A stretch of DNA of 64,000 bases, from contig CAWCOX010000004.1 of the NCBI GenBank assembly GCA_963797235.1, forward strand, positions 635,332 through 699,331, read 5' to 3'. Below the pieces are notes generated by a model, which saw nothing but the letters and a program-made list of their open reading frames with translations, made no database searches and was not told where the DNA came from. Made by a program: the position numbers and the translations under genes. How positions within the stretch are numbered: the first letter of the stretch is position 1; each line of letters opens with the position of its first letter. Shown here one piece after another: positions 26,279 to 35,604 of this stretch. The DNA comes from an uncultured delta proteobacterium (GTDB taxonomy: Bacteria; Desulfobacterota; Desulfobaccia; Desulfobaccales; 0-14-0-80-60-11).

Positions 26279-26427
26279 GTTGAAAAATTAGCTCTTCCCA
26301 TACACCTTGTCTCCTAATATAGGGCGGCGTCCCTGTCCCTCACCGATGACGCCACCCCCTCCCCAGCCCTCCCCCCTCAAGGGGGAGGGAGTTAAACCAC
26401 TACAGTTTGACGAGCTGCTATTTCAAC
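26279..26427. repeat. inverted-repeat-bounded element containing a C/G-tract hairpin
   Basis: GTTGAAAAATTAGCTC (26279-26294) pairs with GAGCTGCTATTTCAAC (26412-27), an imperfect reverse complement. Inside is CCACCCCCTCCCCAGCCCTCCCCCCTCAAGGGGGAGGG (hairpin 26367-26389), homologous to 55851-55892. Confidence 0.7.
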
Positions 26428-26497
26428 GAGCGAAATAGGGCGGCCAGTGGCCGACGTAATTTGTTCTTAGCCTAGGCTTCCCGCCTGTGTCATAGCT

Positions 26498-26541
26498 GCG
26501 GCGGGCGGGGACGCCCGCCCCACGACGCCCCGCCCCACGAG
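26498..26541. repeat. REP-like hairpin (GGCGGGCGGGGACGCCCGCCCCACGA type)
   Basis: GCGGCGGGCGGGGACGCCCGCCCCACGACGCCCCGCCCCACGAGG. The first 26 nt match 10216-10240. Confidence 0.75.
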
Positions 26542-26564
26542 GCCGCCCCACCAGCCTCTTTGTT

Positions 26565-27682
26565 CTATAAAACGGCCCGCAAGACCGCTTCGTAACGGCT
26601 CACCATGGCGCCCAGAGAAAAATCCCGGACGACCCGCCGGCGGCCCTCCCGGCCGAAATCCCGGCACTGCTCCGGGTTGGCCAAGAGCCGCCGCAACGCC
26701 GCGGCCAGGGCCGGCGGGTCCCCAGGCTGCGCCAGCCAGCCCGTCCGGGCCGGGGTCACCAGCTCCGGCACGCCCCCCACCGCGGTGGCCGCCACCGGCA
26801 GGCCCGCGGCCATGGCCTCCAGGACCACGTTGGGCAGCGCCTCGGTGCGGGAACTCAGGGCCAGCAGGCCGGACTTATGGAACAGGGGCCGCAGGTCCGC
26901 CTGGGGCGGGAGGAAGCGGCAGGCGCCCGCCGGCAGTAATTCCCCCGCCAATCGCTGCAAATTTCCCAGCAAAGGCCCCTCCCCTACCAGCCACAATTGG
27001 GCCTGGGGAAATTCCGGCGCCACCGCGGCAAAGGCCCGGATCAGGGTGTCGAGGTCTTTGTCCGGCACCATCCGGGCCACCGAGAGCGCCACGGCGGGGT
27101 AAGGTCCCGGCCTCCGGGGCCGGCTGAAAATAATCCACGTCCACCCCGTTGGGGATGACGCTGAGCCTGGCTGCGGGCACGCCGCAGCTTTGGGTGAGCA
27201 CCCGCTTTAAAGCGGCGCTGTTGCAGACGAGATGCTGCGCCAGGGGCCACAGCCAGCGCTCGTGCTGCCGCTTTGGGGCGCCGCCGCCCCGGCAGTTGCC
27301 CACAATGGCCGGCACCCGGGCCAGGCGGCCCAGGATGCGGCCCCAGATATTGGGCACCACGGTAAAAGGCAACAGCAAATCGAGGCCGCCGCGCCGCAGG
27401 CGACGCCAGAGATTCAGGAGGCCTCCGGGGCCCACCTGCACCTGCCGGGACAGCCAGCTGAGCGGCAAGCCCCATTGGCGGGCCAGGGGAACTAAATCGT
27501 CGCCCGCGGCCAGCAGCCAGATCTCCGGCCGAAAGCGCACCGGGTCCAACCTGTCGGGCCAGTTCCAGGGCCTGGCGCTGAGTGCCGCCAAACTTCAAGT
27601 CTTGGAGGAGAAAGACGATCCGGGCCGGGCTGACCAGCCGGGCCGAGTTTGGGCTGAGGGCGGTATTGATCTCGCGGTCCAA
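26565..27682 (-). CDS. glycosyltransferase family 4, interrupted by two +1 frameshifts (~27553, ~27090)
   Basis: The pieces join as IVFLLQDLKFGGTQRQALELAR|RLDPVRFRPEIWLL..VIPNGVDVDYFQPAPEAGTLP|AVALSVARMVPDKDLDTLIRAF..LALSSRTEALPNVVLEAMAAGLPVAATAVGGVPELV. The second site is a G4/C4 run (27088-27091). Confidence 0.8.
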
Positions 27683-27689
27683 TGGAAGA

Positions 27690-27772
27690 GAGTTTTGAGT
27701 TCCCAGTTCCCAGTTCCCAGTTTTTGCTTTTTGCTTCTTCTGACCACTGACTACTGGCTACTGACTACTGCC
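27690..27772. repeat. three-module short-tandem-repeat element (second copy)
   Basis: GAGTTTTGAGTTCCCAGTTCCCAGTTCCCAG + TTTTTGCTTTTTGCTTCTTC + TGACCACTGACTACTGGCTACTGACTACTGCC. Homologous in module order to 21428-21537. Confidence 0.85.
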
Positions 27773-27773
27773 A

Positions 27774-28988
27774 TCAATACCCCATTAATCCGCAGCAGCG
27801 CGAGCAGACGGGCATCAGCCCCTCGGTGGCCAGGCTGTGGCGGAACTTCCGGTAGGCCGGCGAGTTCCACAGCTCCGTGATGCTGGCCTCCTTGAGGTTG
27901 CCCACCACGTAGTCGTGGTAGTCCCGGCAGGGCGAGAGGTCGCCGTTGCTGTTGACCTCCACCGCCTGGTAGATCGAGATGCACTGGTTGTAGCCGAACC
28001 GGGCCTGGTGGTCGGTATAGTAGGTGCGCAGGTTGGCCTCGCCGGTGACGTTGGGAATGATGGTGACCGGCGGGTTCTTGGCTCCCCTGGACCTGGCCAG
28101 GACGCCCTGCAACTGCCGGTCCATTTCGGCATAGTCATCGGGCCGCCAGCCGCCCACCCAGCCCGCCGGCCGCTCGGGCTTAAAACCGAAGCGCCGGGAA
28201 AAATCCGCTTCATGGGCCTGGACGTTTTCGGCGTCGATCCACCAGGAAAGGTAAAAGACGAACAGGTCGACCTTGTCCCGGAAGGCGTCGTAGATGTCGG
28301 TCAGATGGCGGAAATTGTTCCGGGAAATGGTGGTGAGCGAGGCGATCAGCGGCAGGCCGCGGCCCTGGGTCCGGCGGGCCTGGTGCACCGCGGCCAGGCC
28401 GGCCTGGATGTCGGCAAAGTTGTCGGCCCCGCCCAGCCCCGGGCGGGTGGCGTTGTGCAGGGCTGCGTCCGGGCCGTCGATGGAGATCTGCAGGAGGAAC
28501 ATGGGCGCCCGGACCAGGCGCTCGGCCATGGCGGCGATCCGGGTGCCGTTGGTGGCAATCGAGCAAGGCAACCCCAGGCTGGTGGCGTGTTCGATGAGGT
28601 CCACCGAGCCCTCGTAGAGCATGGGCTCACCGCCCCAGAGGTAGAGGAAGGGCCGGTGGCCGTGGGCCACCAGGTCGTCCAGGACCACCCGGTAGCGCTC
28701 CGGGGAGACTTCATTCTGTTTCAGTTCCCGCAGGTTTTTGCCGTGCAGGAACCCCTGGTCGCCCCACTGGCCGCAGGTATGGCAGCGCAGGTTGCACAGG
28801 TCGGTGATGCGTAAGCTGAGCTGGCGAATCTTCCGGGCCCGGCCGGAATCCATCCCGGCGCGGAGCAGGTTGAAGAGCAGCTTCTCCCCTTGCAGAGTGG
28901 CCAATTTGCCGGCGATCCAGGGATGCGCGGCTACCCGGCGAAAATTCTTCAGCACCGCGCCCAAGGCAATCTTACTGCGTGCACCCAT
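27774..28988 (-). CDS. radical SAM enzyme with C-terminal SPASM/twitch-type Cys cluster
   Basis: 404-aa ORF. CxxxCxxC as ITDLCNLRCHTCGQWG, GGEP glycine motif (LWGGEPMLY). C-terminal cysteines NQCISIY..GDLSPCRDY..MPVCSRCCG. Confidence 0.8.
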   Translation of the reverse strand: MGARSKIALGAVLKNFRRVAAHPWIAGKLATLQGEKLLFNLLRAGMDSGRARKIRQLSLRITDLCNLRCHTCGQWGDQGFLHGKNLRELKQNEVSPERYRVVLDDLVAHGHRPFLYLWGGEPMLYEGSVDLIEHATSLGLPCSIATNGTRIAAMAERLVRAPMFLLQISIDGPDAALHNATRPGLGGADNFADIQAGLAAVHQARRTQGRGLPLIASLTTISRNNFRHLTDIYDAFRDKVDLFVFYLSWWIDAENVQAHEADFSRRFGFKPERPAGWVGGWRPDDYAEMDRQLQGVLARSRGAKNPPVTIIPNVTGEANLRTYYTDHQARFGYNQCISIYQAVEVNSNGDLSPCRDYHDYVVGNLKEASITELWNSPAYRKFRHSLATEGLMPVCSRCCGLMGY

Positions 28989-29272
28989 GCAGATACCATT
29001 CCCTCTAAATTTGTTATAATCAGTTTCGACCAGTGATGCGGTTTGAACCTTAATGCGGCATTATACTCCAATTGGCCGCAATCCCCAAGTCCGTGGATAA
29101 AATTGGCTTGACATGGCCATCGCATCCCGGGACAGAGTCTATTATAGCTGTCAGCTCGCCGCAAGCCCCAAGCTTTCGGCCAAAATACGGCTGCAGGCCA
29201 TCACTTCCCGGGACAGCAATGAAAATTCCCGAACACGGAAAACAGCAAACCGGAAGCAGCAAACCGGTTTCC

Positions 29273-30482
29273 ATGCAAGCCCTGGTGTACTATCGCTCCG
29301 TCCTGCGCTACCTGCTGGCCGCCGGGCTGAACCGCCTCTGGCCCCGGCACTTTTTTTCCGGGGTGGCCCCGCTTAAACTGGCTCAGGTGAACCTGACGCC
29401 GCCCGGCCCGGACTGGCTGGTCTTGAAGAGCCGCCTGTGCGGCATCTGCGGCTCCGATTTGAATCTGCTGAAAGGGAGCGAATCGCTTTTACTGGAGCCT
29501 TACGCCTCGTTCCCGGCGGTGCTGGGGCACGAAGTGGTGGCCGAGGTGGTGGAGGCCCCGGCCGGCTCCGACTGGCGGCCCGGGGACCGGGTGGCGGTGG
29601 AGCCGGTCCTGCCCTGCGAAGTCCGCGGCATCACGCCTCCCTGCGCTTTCTGCGCCCGGGGGCAATATAACCTGTGCGAAAACTTCACCCAAGGGAGCCT
29701 CTCTCCCGGCACCATCCTGGGTTTCCATAAAGAGGCCGGGGGCGGGATGGCGGAATTCCTGGCCGCCCATCCCAGCCGCCTGTTCCGCCTGCCGGACTCC
29801 CTGCCGGATGAAGCGGCGGTGCTCACCGATTCCCTGGCCTCGGCCCTGCAACCGGTCCTGGACCATTTTCCCCAGGATGACGATACCGTGATCATTTACG
29901 GCGCCGGGATCATCGGCCAGCATCTGGTAAGATTGCTGCGGGCCCTGGGCTCCAAAGCCCGGGTAATCATGGTGGCCCGCTACACTTTCCAGGAAAATCT
30001 GGCCCAAGCCGGGGGCGCCGACCTGGTCCTGATGTCCCCGGACCGGGCCGAACTGGGCCAGGCCGTGGGCGCCCGGCTGCTGCCCACCACCCTGGGCGGC
30101 GGCAACCTGGAAGGCGGGGCGGACCTCTGCTTCGACTGTGTCGGCAACCGCCGTTCCCTGCAGGAAGGCTTACTGGCCTTACGGGGCAGGGGCGCCTATG
30201 TGCTGGTGGGCACCGCCGGCGAGGTGGGCCCGGTGGACCTCTCCAGCCTCTGGTTCCGGGAAATCCGCATGAGCGGCTCCGCCATGTACGCCTACGGCGC
30301 CTGGCAGGGACAGCGGCTGCGCACCTACCAGCTGGCGGTGGACCTCCTGGCCCGGGGAGATTACCCGGCCCAGGGTCTGGTCTCCCACCTCTTTCCCCTG
30401 AGCGCTTACCGGGAGGCCTTTCAGGCTGGCCTTCGACAAGCGGCGCCACCAGAGCCTCAAGGTGGTCTTCGATCTGAGATGA
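29273..30482 (+). CDS. zinc-dependent MDR dehydrogenase, one +1 frameshift near 30428 restores the C-terminus
   Basis: MQALVYY.., CGICGSDLNLLKG, GHEVVAEVV, CEVRGITPPCAFCARGQYNLC (structural Zn), IYGAGIIGQ (Rossmann). After REAFQA the conserved ending FDKRRHQSLKVVFDLR-stop (stop 30480-30482) lies in the +1 frame. The start could also be ATG 29219. Confidence 0.75.
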
Positions 30483-30496
30483 ACCCCAATGCCTAA

Positions 30497-30572
30497 AAAT
30501 CCCCCTAAATCCCCCTTTTCCAAAGGGGGACTTTGGCACCCCCCCTTTGAAAACGGGGGGCAGGGGGGATTT
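30497..30572. repeat. MITE-like repeat, family A copy 5 (forward)
   Basis: AAATCCCCCTAAATCCCCCTTTTCCAAAGGGGGACTTTGGCACCCCCCCTTTGAAAACGGGGGGCAGGGGGGATTT. It fills most of the 107-nt gap between two + strand genes. Confidence 0.85.
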
Positions 30573-30589
30573 CAATCGGTCGTGAGAAC

Positions 30590-31556
30590 ATGAAACTGGT
30601 CATCAGCCTGGACGTTGAGGAAGAGGGGCTTTTTTCCGGCCGCTACCCCCGGGAATCCGGGGTGACCAACGTGGCCGAACTGCGCCGCCTGGAATTCATT
30701 CCCCGGGAATTCGGCTTGCCCGCTGACCCTGCTGGTGAGTTATCAGGTAGCCCGGGACCCGGCGGCCTGCCAGGTCCTGGCCCGCTGGCGGGACCTCTAC
30801 CGGGCTGAGATCGGGGTGCATCTCCATCCCTGGAGCACCCCGCCCTTTGCCGACCTAACCTGGCCGGAGCCGGTGCCGGCCGAGCAGATGCCCCTGCCGC
30901 TGCTGCGCGACAAATTTGCCCACCTGGTGCAGGCCGTGCAAGATTCCCTGGGGGGCACGCCGGCGTCTTTCCGCATGGGCCGCTTCGATTTCGGCCCCCA
31001 GGTGCTGGGCCTGCTGCCGGAGTTCGGGCTCCAGGTCGACAGCAGCATCGTGCCTCTCACCCTGAAGGGCGCGGGCGCTTATTTTCTGGCCCCGGCCGAG
31101 CCGTTCCCGCTGCTCCCCGACTTATGGGAAGTCCCCCTGACCCTGGTGCCGGTGGTGGCGAGTCTGCCCCGGGTCCTGGCCCGGTTGGCCCCGCTCTTTC
31201 CTCTGGCCTCGGGCCGCCGCCTGCTGAGCCGGTTCAGATACTGGGGCGCCGCCGGTATTCAGCCGGCCTGGTTTCCTTTGGCCTCCATGCGCCTGGCCGC
31301 CGGCCTGCACCGCCGCCGGGGCGGCCGGGTGCTCACCATGTTCTTTCATTCTTCCGAGCTTAAACCCGGGGCGTCCCGGCTGTTCCCCACGGAGCCGGCG
31401 GTGGCGGCCTTCGTCGCCAAGATTCGAGCCTTCCTGACCTGGCTGGTCAAGACCGGCCCGGTGGAGGGGGTGACGCTTTCAGGGCTACTGCAGGAGCGCG
31501 TGAACAAAAGAAAGGGCGGACACATAGGTCCGCCCCTACCAATCACCCAGACATAG
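30590..31556 (+). CDS. polysaccharide-deacetylase-like (glycoside hydrolase/deacetylase fold) protein, one +1 frameshift at the C-run 30719-30721
   Basis: MKLVISLDVEEEGLFSGRYPR..EFGLP|LTLLVSYQVARDPAACQVLARW..EIGVHLHPWSTPP..SFRMGRFDFG. The DVE..LHPW pattern recalls NodB-fold-related deacetylases. The family call is tentative. The last ~15 codons read through a REP hairpin. Confidence 0.5.
31514..31539. repeat. REP-like hairpin
   Basis: GGGCGGACACATAGGTCCGCCCCTAC, a one-mismatch copy of 10286-10311. Confidence 0.8.
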
Positions 31557-31558
31557 GC

Positions 31559-32365
31559 TCAGGTGGTCTCCGGGGCGTCCGCCGGGTGCTCGACGTAATA
31601 GGCGCCCTGGCGCAAACCCAGGCCCTGGGGCGCAAAGATGCGGAACTGGGCCCAGCCCCGCTTCTGCAGAAAAAATTTCACCGCGGTGGCCACGACTCCC
31701 AGGCCATATTTGACGCTGCGGCTGAAATTGATGGAGGAGGCCTCCTCGAAATAGCGGGTCGGACAGGAAACCTCGCCGATGGGGAAGCCGAAATAGACTG
31801 CCTGGGCCAGCATTTCATTGTCAAAGACGAAGTCGTCGGAGTTCTCCCACAGGGGCAGGCTCTCCAGCACCTGACGGGAGAAGGCCCGGAAGCCGGTGTG
31901 GTATTCCGAGAGCTTGGCCCCCAGCAAGAGGTTTTCGAACAGGGTAAGGAAGCGGTTGGCCAGGTATTTGTAGGCCGGCATGCCGCCCTGCTTGGCCCTG
32001 CCCCCCAGGATGCGGGAGCCGAGGGCCACCTCGTATTCGCCGCTGGCCACCAGTCCCGCCAGGGCCGGAATGATCTTGGGGGAGTACTGGTAGTCCGGGT
32101 GCACCATGACCACGATGTCGGCCCCGGTTTGCAGGGCCTCGGTATAACAGGTCTTCTGGTTGCGGCCGTAGCCCAGGTTGCGTTCGTGCAGAAAACAACG
32201 GATCCCCAGCCGCCGGGCCACCTCGAGGGTCTCATCATGGGAGGCGTCGTCCACCAGCAAGACTTCGTCCACCACGTCGAAGGGGATGTCCTGGAAGGTG
32301 CGCTCCAGGGTCCGGGCGGCATTATAGGCTGGCATGACCACCAGTACTTTTTTTCCGGCCAGCAT
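31559..32365 (-). CDS. glycosyltransferase family 2 (polyprenyl-phosphate sugar synthase-like)
   Basis: 268-aa [31 protein letters not shown] (DxD region), NLGYGRNQK and VMVHPDYQY are typical of soluble GT2 Dpm1/ArnC-like enzymes. Confidence 0.85.
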   Translation of the reverse strand: MLAGKKVLVVMPAYNAARTLERTFQDIPFDVVDEVLLVDDASHDETLEVARRLGIRCFLHERNLGYGRNQKTCYTEALQTGADIVVMVHPDYQYSPKIIPALAGLVASGEYEVALGSRILGGRAKQGGMPAYKYLANRFLTLFENLLLGAKLSEYHTGFRAFSRQVLESLPLWENSDDFVFDNEMLAQAVYFGFPIGEVSCPTRYFEEASSINFSRSVKYGLGVVATAVKFFLQKRGWAQFRIFAPQGLGLRQGAYYVEHPADAPETT

Positions 32366-32601
32366 TCCTTTTCTTCTCCTGGTTATCTGCTATAATTCAC
32401 GACTTAGAATCAGGCGGGCGAGCCTGGGGCCCGCCACCCTTGAAATATTTTCAGCGTCTGAACCGGTCACGGTCGGCGCCGACTGATGACCGCCCCTGCC
32501 AATGGCTATTTCATATTATTTCATATAAGGATTTGGCGGAAAAAGCAAACGGCTGCACCGACCCAGAGGCTGGGCGCGGTGGCGCACCCAGGAGAACAGG
32601 T

Positions 32602-33798
32602 TTGACCCGGACTGAAAAAATTACCTGGCTCTTTTTTGGCGCCACCTCCCTCCAATTGGCCTTCCTCCAACCCTATATCATCCTGGTGCCGGGGGAGCAC
32701 AGCAACCTGTTTTCCGCGCTCCTCTGTTTCCTGAGCCTGATAGCGGCCCTGATCTTGATGGGGCGAGGCGCCATCAGATTTGGGTCCCCGGAGTTTTTGG
32801 TTTCGGTGGCCCTGGTGGCCCTGGGAGTGGCCAACGCCCTCAACAGTCTGCCTCTCCGCTCCCCGTCTTTCCGGCTGGCCGTCCTGTTGGCCTCGGGACT
32901 GGGAGGCTTCTGGTGTGCCAGATGCTTATTGCGTACCCCGGAAAATCAACGCCGCTTCCAATGGCTCTGCCTGGCGCTCCTGGGCGGCATCCTGGTCCTG
33001 AGCCTGACCGGATACCTGCTGAGGGGAGAAATCCAACCCCTGTTCTTTAAAGGTTCGAATCATCCCCTCACCAATTTGATCTTCCTGCTCTCTTTTGCCC
33101 CGCTGACCCTGTTGAGAGAGAAGTCCCGGCCTCTGGTGCTGTTGGGGGTGACCCTGCTGACCCTGAGCTATGTGGTGCTCTGCCTCAGCCAGCGCCTCTC
33201 GGTAGTCTTGATCCCGGTGGGTTTGGGAGTTGCGGGGCTGTTGTTCGGGACCGTGCGCTGGAAGCATGTGGTCGCGGGACTGCTGGTTCTCGGCCTGATT
33301 ATCGGCCTGTTTTCGCAGCAAATCCTCTGGTTCAAACTGAACAAGGCGTACCCCTCCTACCGCATCGAAAATTACTACTTCTCCTGGGGCATCGCCCGGC
33401 AGCACCCGATCCTGGGTATTGGCCTGAGCTCTCCCCGGGAGCAATTTTTGCAAGACTACCAAATTAGATATCCTTACGAGACCAAAGAAAAATTCGCCGG
33501 CGAACTGGCCGATATCCACACGCCCGACAATCAGCTCCTCACCTTTTTGTCCGGCCTGGGCTTTCCCTTCACGATCATTTATTTCCTGGCGGTCCTCGCC
33601 CTGCTGGTGAAACTCGTCGGTACGGCCTTCCGGCCGCCTCCGGGGCTCTATTTCCCGCCGCTGGCGCTCCTGTTTCCCTTGACCGCGGCCTTAATCCACT
33701 TCCAATTTTATGACGGGTTGCTGTTTCCTCAATCTTGCTGGTTTTTTCATATCCTGCTCGGTTTAATTCCACTGGCAAATGAAAAACGCCAACCATAA
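32602..33798 (+). CDS. O-antigen ligase / O-antigen polymerase (Wzy_C)-family membrane protein
   Basis: Multi-TM ORF with the family-typical periplasmic loop ..ADIHTPDNQLLTFLSGLGFPF. I prefer the in-frame TTG 32602 (AGGAG at 32590-32594) because the first 54 codons of the listed ORF (32440) are hydrophilic and non-membrane. Confidence 0.6.
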   Translation: MTRTEKITWLFFGATSLQLAFLQPYIILVPGEHSNLFSALLCFLSLIAALILMGRGAIRFGSPEFLVSVALVALGVANALNSLPLRSPSFRLAVLLASGLGGFWCARCLLRTPENQRRFQWLCLALLGGILVLSLTGYLLRGEIQPLFFKGSNHPLTNLIFLLSFAPLTLLREKSRPLVLLGVTLLTLSYVVLCLSQRLSVVLIPVGLGVAGLLFGTVRWKHVVAGLLVLGLIIGLFSQQILWFKLNKAYPSYRIENYYFSWGIARQHPILGIGLSSPREQFLQDYQIRYPYETKEKFAGELADIHTPDNQLLTFLSGLGFPFTIIYFLAVLALLVKLVGTAFRPPPGLYFPPLALLFPLTAALIHFQFYDGLLFPQSCWFFHILLGLIPLANEKRQP

Positions 33799-35135
33799 AA
33801 TAGCCGGCCGGCGCGGCAGCCTCACTTCCCCGCTAATGGCGGCCCTCCTCTTGCTGGCGCTCCCGGTCATCATCTTTTGGCGATCGGGCCTTTTTTACAT
33901 CATCGATGACTGGACCACCCTCATCCACATGGTGCAGTACCCTTTCGGGACCTACCTGGTGACGCCGGACGGCGAACAATGGTTCCCCTTTTTCAGCCTG
34001 GTTTATTATGGCCTGGTGCGGCTGGCCGGGGAGCATTACTCTTTTCTGGTCCTGGTCAATTGTCTGGGCACCGGCGCCAGCGCCTTTCTGGTTTACCTCT
34101 TCTACCGGCGCCACTTAGCCGCCGGCCCGGCTCTGACCCTGGCGGCCGTCTATGCCACGGCCGCGGTGCATCATGCCATCGCCTGGAACGCCTTCTACGT
34201 CGGCTACCTCCTCAGTCTGACCTTCTTTTTAGGGGCGCTGCTGCTCACGGATGCTTATCTCCGGGCCGGAGGCCGCGGCCTTTTGGGCGGCGTCGGCCTC
34301 TGCGCCTTGCTCTCGGTGCTGTCCCACAACTATCCGCTGCTGGGTCTCCTGGCCTTGCCTCTCTACGCCCTCCTGGTGCGGGGTGACTCCGGCCGGAAGT
34401 TTTGGGCCCTGGCCGGGACCGTGGCCGCGGTCTATCTCGTATTTGCGGCGGGCTACCTTACCTTTGCCGGGCTCCACGCCGCGGCCAGCCACAATGCCCG
34501 GGTCTTTGGCGGCCTGCCGGGGCCGGGCTACCTGTTACACCTGGTATATGCGGCCTGGCTGGCGCCCTTTTTCTATCTCTTTTGGGGCCATTACCACTTT
34601 CCGGTCTGGGCTTACGCGGCCGGTGTCGCCCTGCTCACCGCCACTCTGACCGGCATCTGGGGTTGGGGCGGGGCCCCCGGCGCGCCGCCTGGCCCTTTGG
34701 ACCCTGCTGGCCAATGCCCTGCCCTTTCTCTTGGTTTCCTTGACCCGCTATCAAATTTCGGTAAATCAGGCCTTTGTGGCCCGCTACGCCATCTTTACCC
34801 TCGTCGGGGCGCTTCTCCTGGTGGGACTGGCCTGGCGCGGGCTTGCGGAACGACTGCCCCCCAGGGATTGGCGGCGCCGGTTGCCCCTGGGCCTCCTGGC
34901 CCTCATGGTGGCTGGACAATTGCTGGCCCTCCCCCGCTGGACCGAGAAATACCGGGAGATGACCCGGGCGGCCCGAGCCTGTTACTATGTCCTGAGCCAG
35001 GAGACCGCCTCGGCCCGGCTGCCCCAGGAGGATTACCGGAAGTTCTGTCCCGGCGCCTACCCGGTCATCACCCCGAGCCAGGCACTGGCCGTTCGGCGCT
35101 TCCTGAACGGCCAGGGCAGGACCCCTGATTTTTAA
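33779..35135 (+). CDS. polytopic membrane protein of unknown function, one +1 frameshift in the C5 run 34674-34678
   Basis: 33779-~34676 (about 9 TM segments) joins ..GIWGWGGAP|ARRLALWTLLANALPFLLVSLTRYQ.. (34731-35135 frame) after removal of one C. The C-terminal soluble tail is ~90 aa. No catalytic motif recognised. Confidence 0.5.
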
Positions 35136-35535
35136 GGGTGCGGTCCCGGCGGCTTCTCGGTTTTTAGGGGTACATTTTGGAGGTTGCTTAACTTTAAAGC
35201 CGCCGACCGGTCTAAAATATTATGGTGGCCCGCCAGAAAAATGGCCTGATCATTAATTTATTTTCGTTTTTCTGCCGAAGAGTGACGAACTAGGCATTTT
35301 CAGGTGTTATTTAATAATGCGCTTAATTTCACTCTTTCTGAACATTTTCGTAAAGAAAATCGGGATATTTGCTTTTTAATGCTGGGTAAACCGAAAAAAA
35401 TCTGCTATACTTGGAGCGGTAAATTTGAGGAGAGGAGGCGTAATCACGGATTCGTAGCCGCAGAGACGATTTATACCTTATACCCGAGATTTAGCGCGAA
35501 AAACTCAAGTTAATTTTCTAAGTACAATGAATACC

Positions 35536-35564
35536 GTTGACTTTTTATCAAGATAGAAATAAAA
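35536..35564 (+). promoter_or_regulatory. weak sigma70-like promoter candidate upstream of the alpha-oxoamine synthase gene
   Basis: TTGACT (35536-35541), 17-nt spacer, TAAAAA (35559-35564). It sits inside a ~470-nt AT-rich gap. The -10 box lacks the final T, so support is modest. Confidence 0.3.
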
Positions 35565-35604
35565 AGGTGTAAATCTACCGGAGGGGGAGGGTAGAATCCT
35601 TATT

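Noticed and set aside
32440-32601. N-terminal 54 codons of the listed ORF for the O-antigen-ligase-like gene.
   Set aside because: The segment is hydrophilic and has no membrane character. An in-frame TTG with an AGGAG box at 32602 starts exactly at the first TM segment.
35304-35513. 69-codon ORF inside the AT-rich gap upstream of the alpha-oxoamine synthase.
   Set aside because: It has no RBS, its composition is unlike any gene in the window, and it has no motif. The region is better explained as promoter/regulatory DNA.
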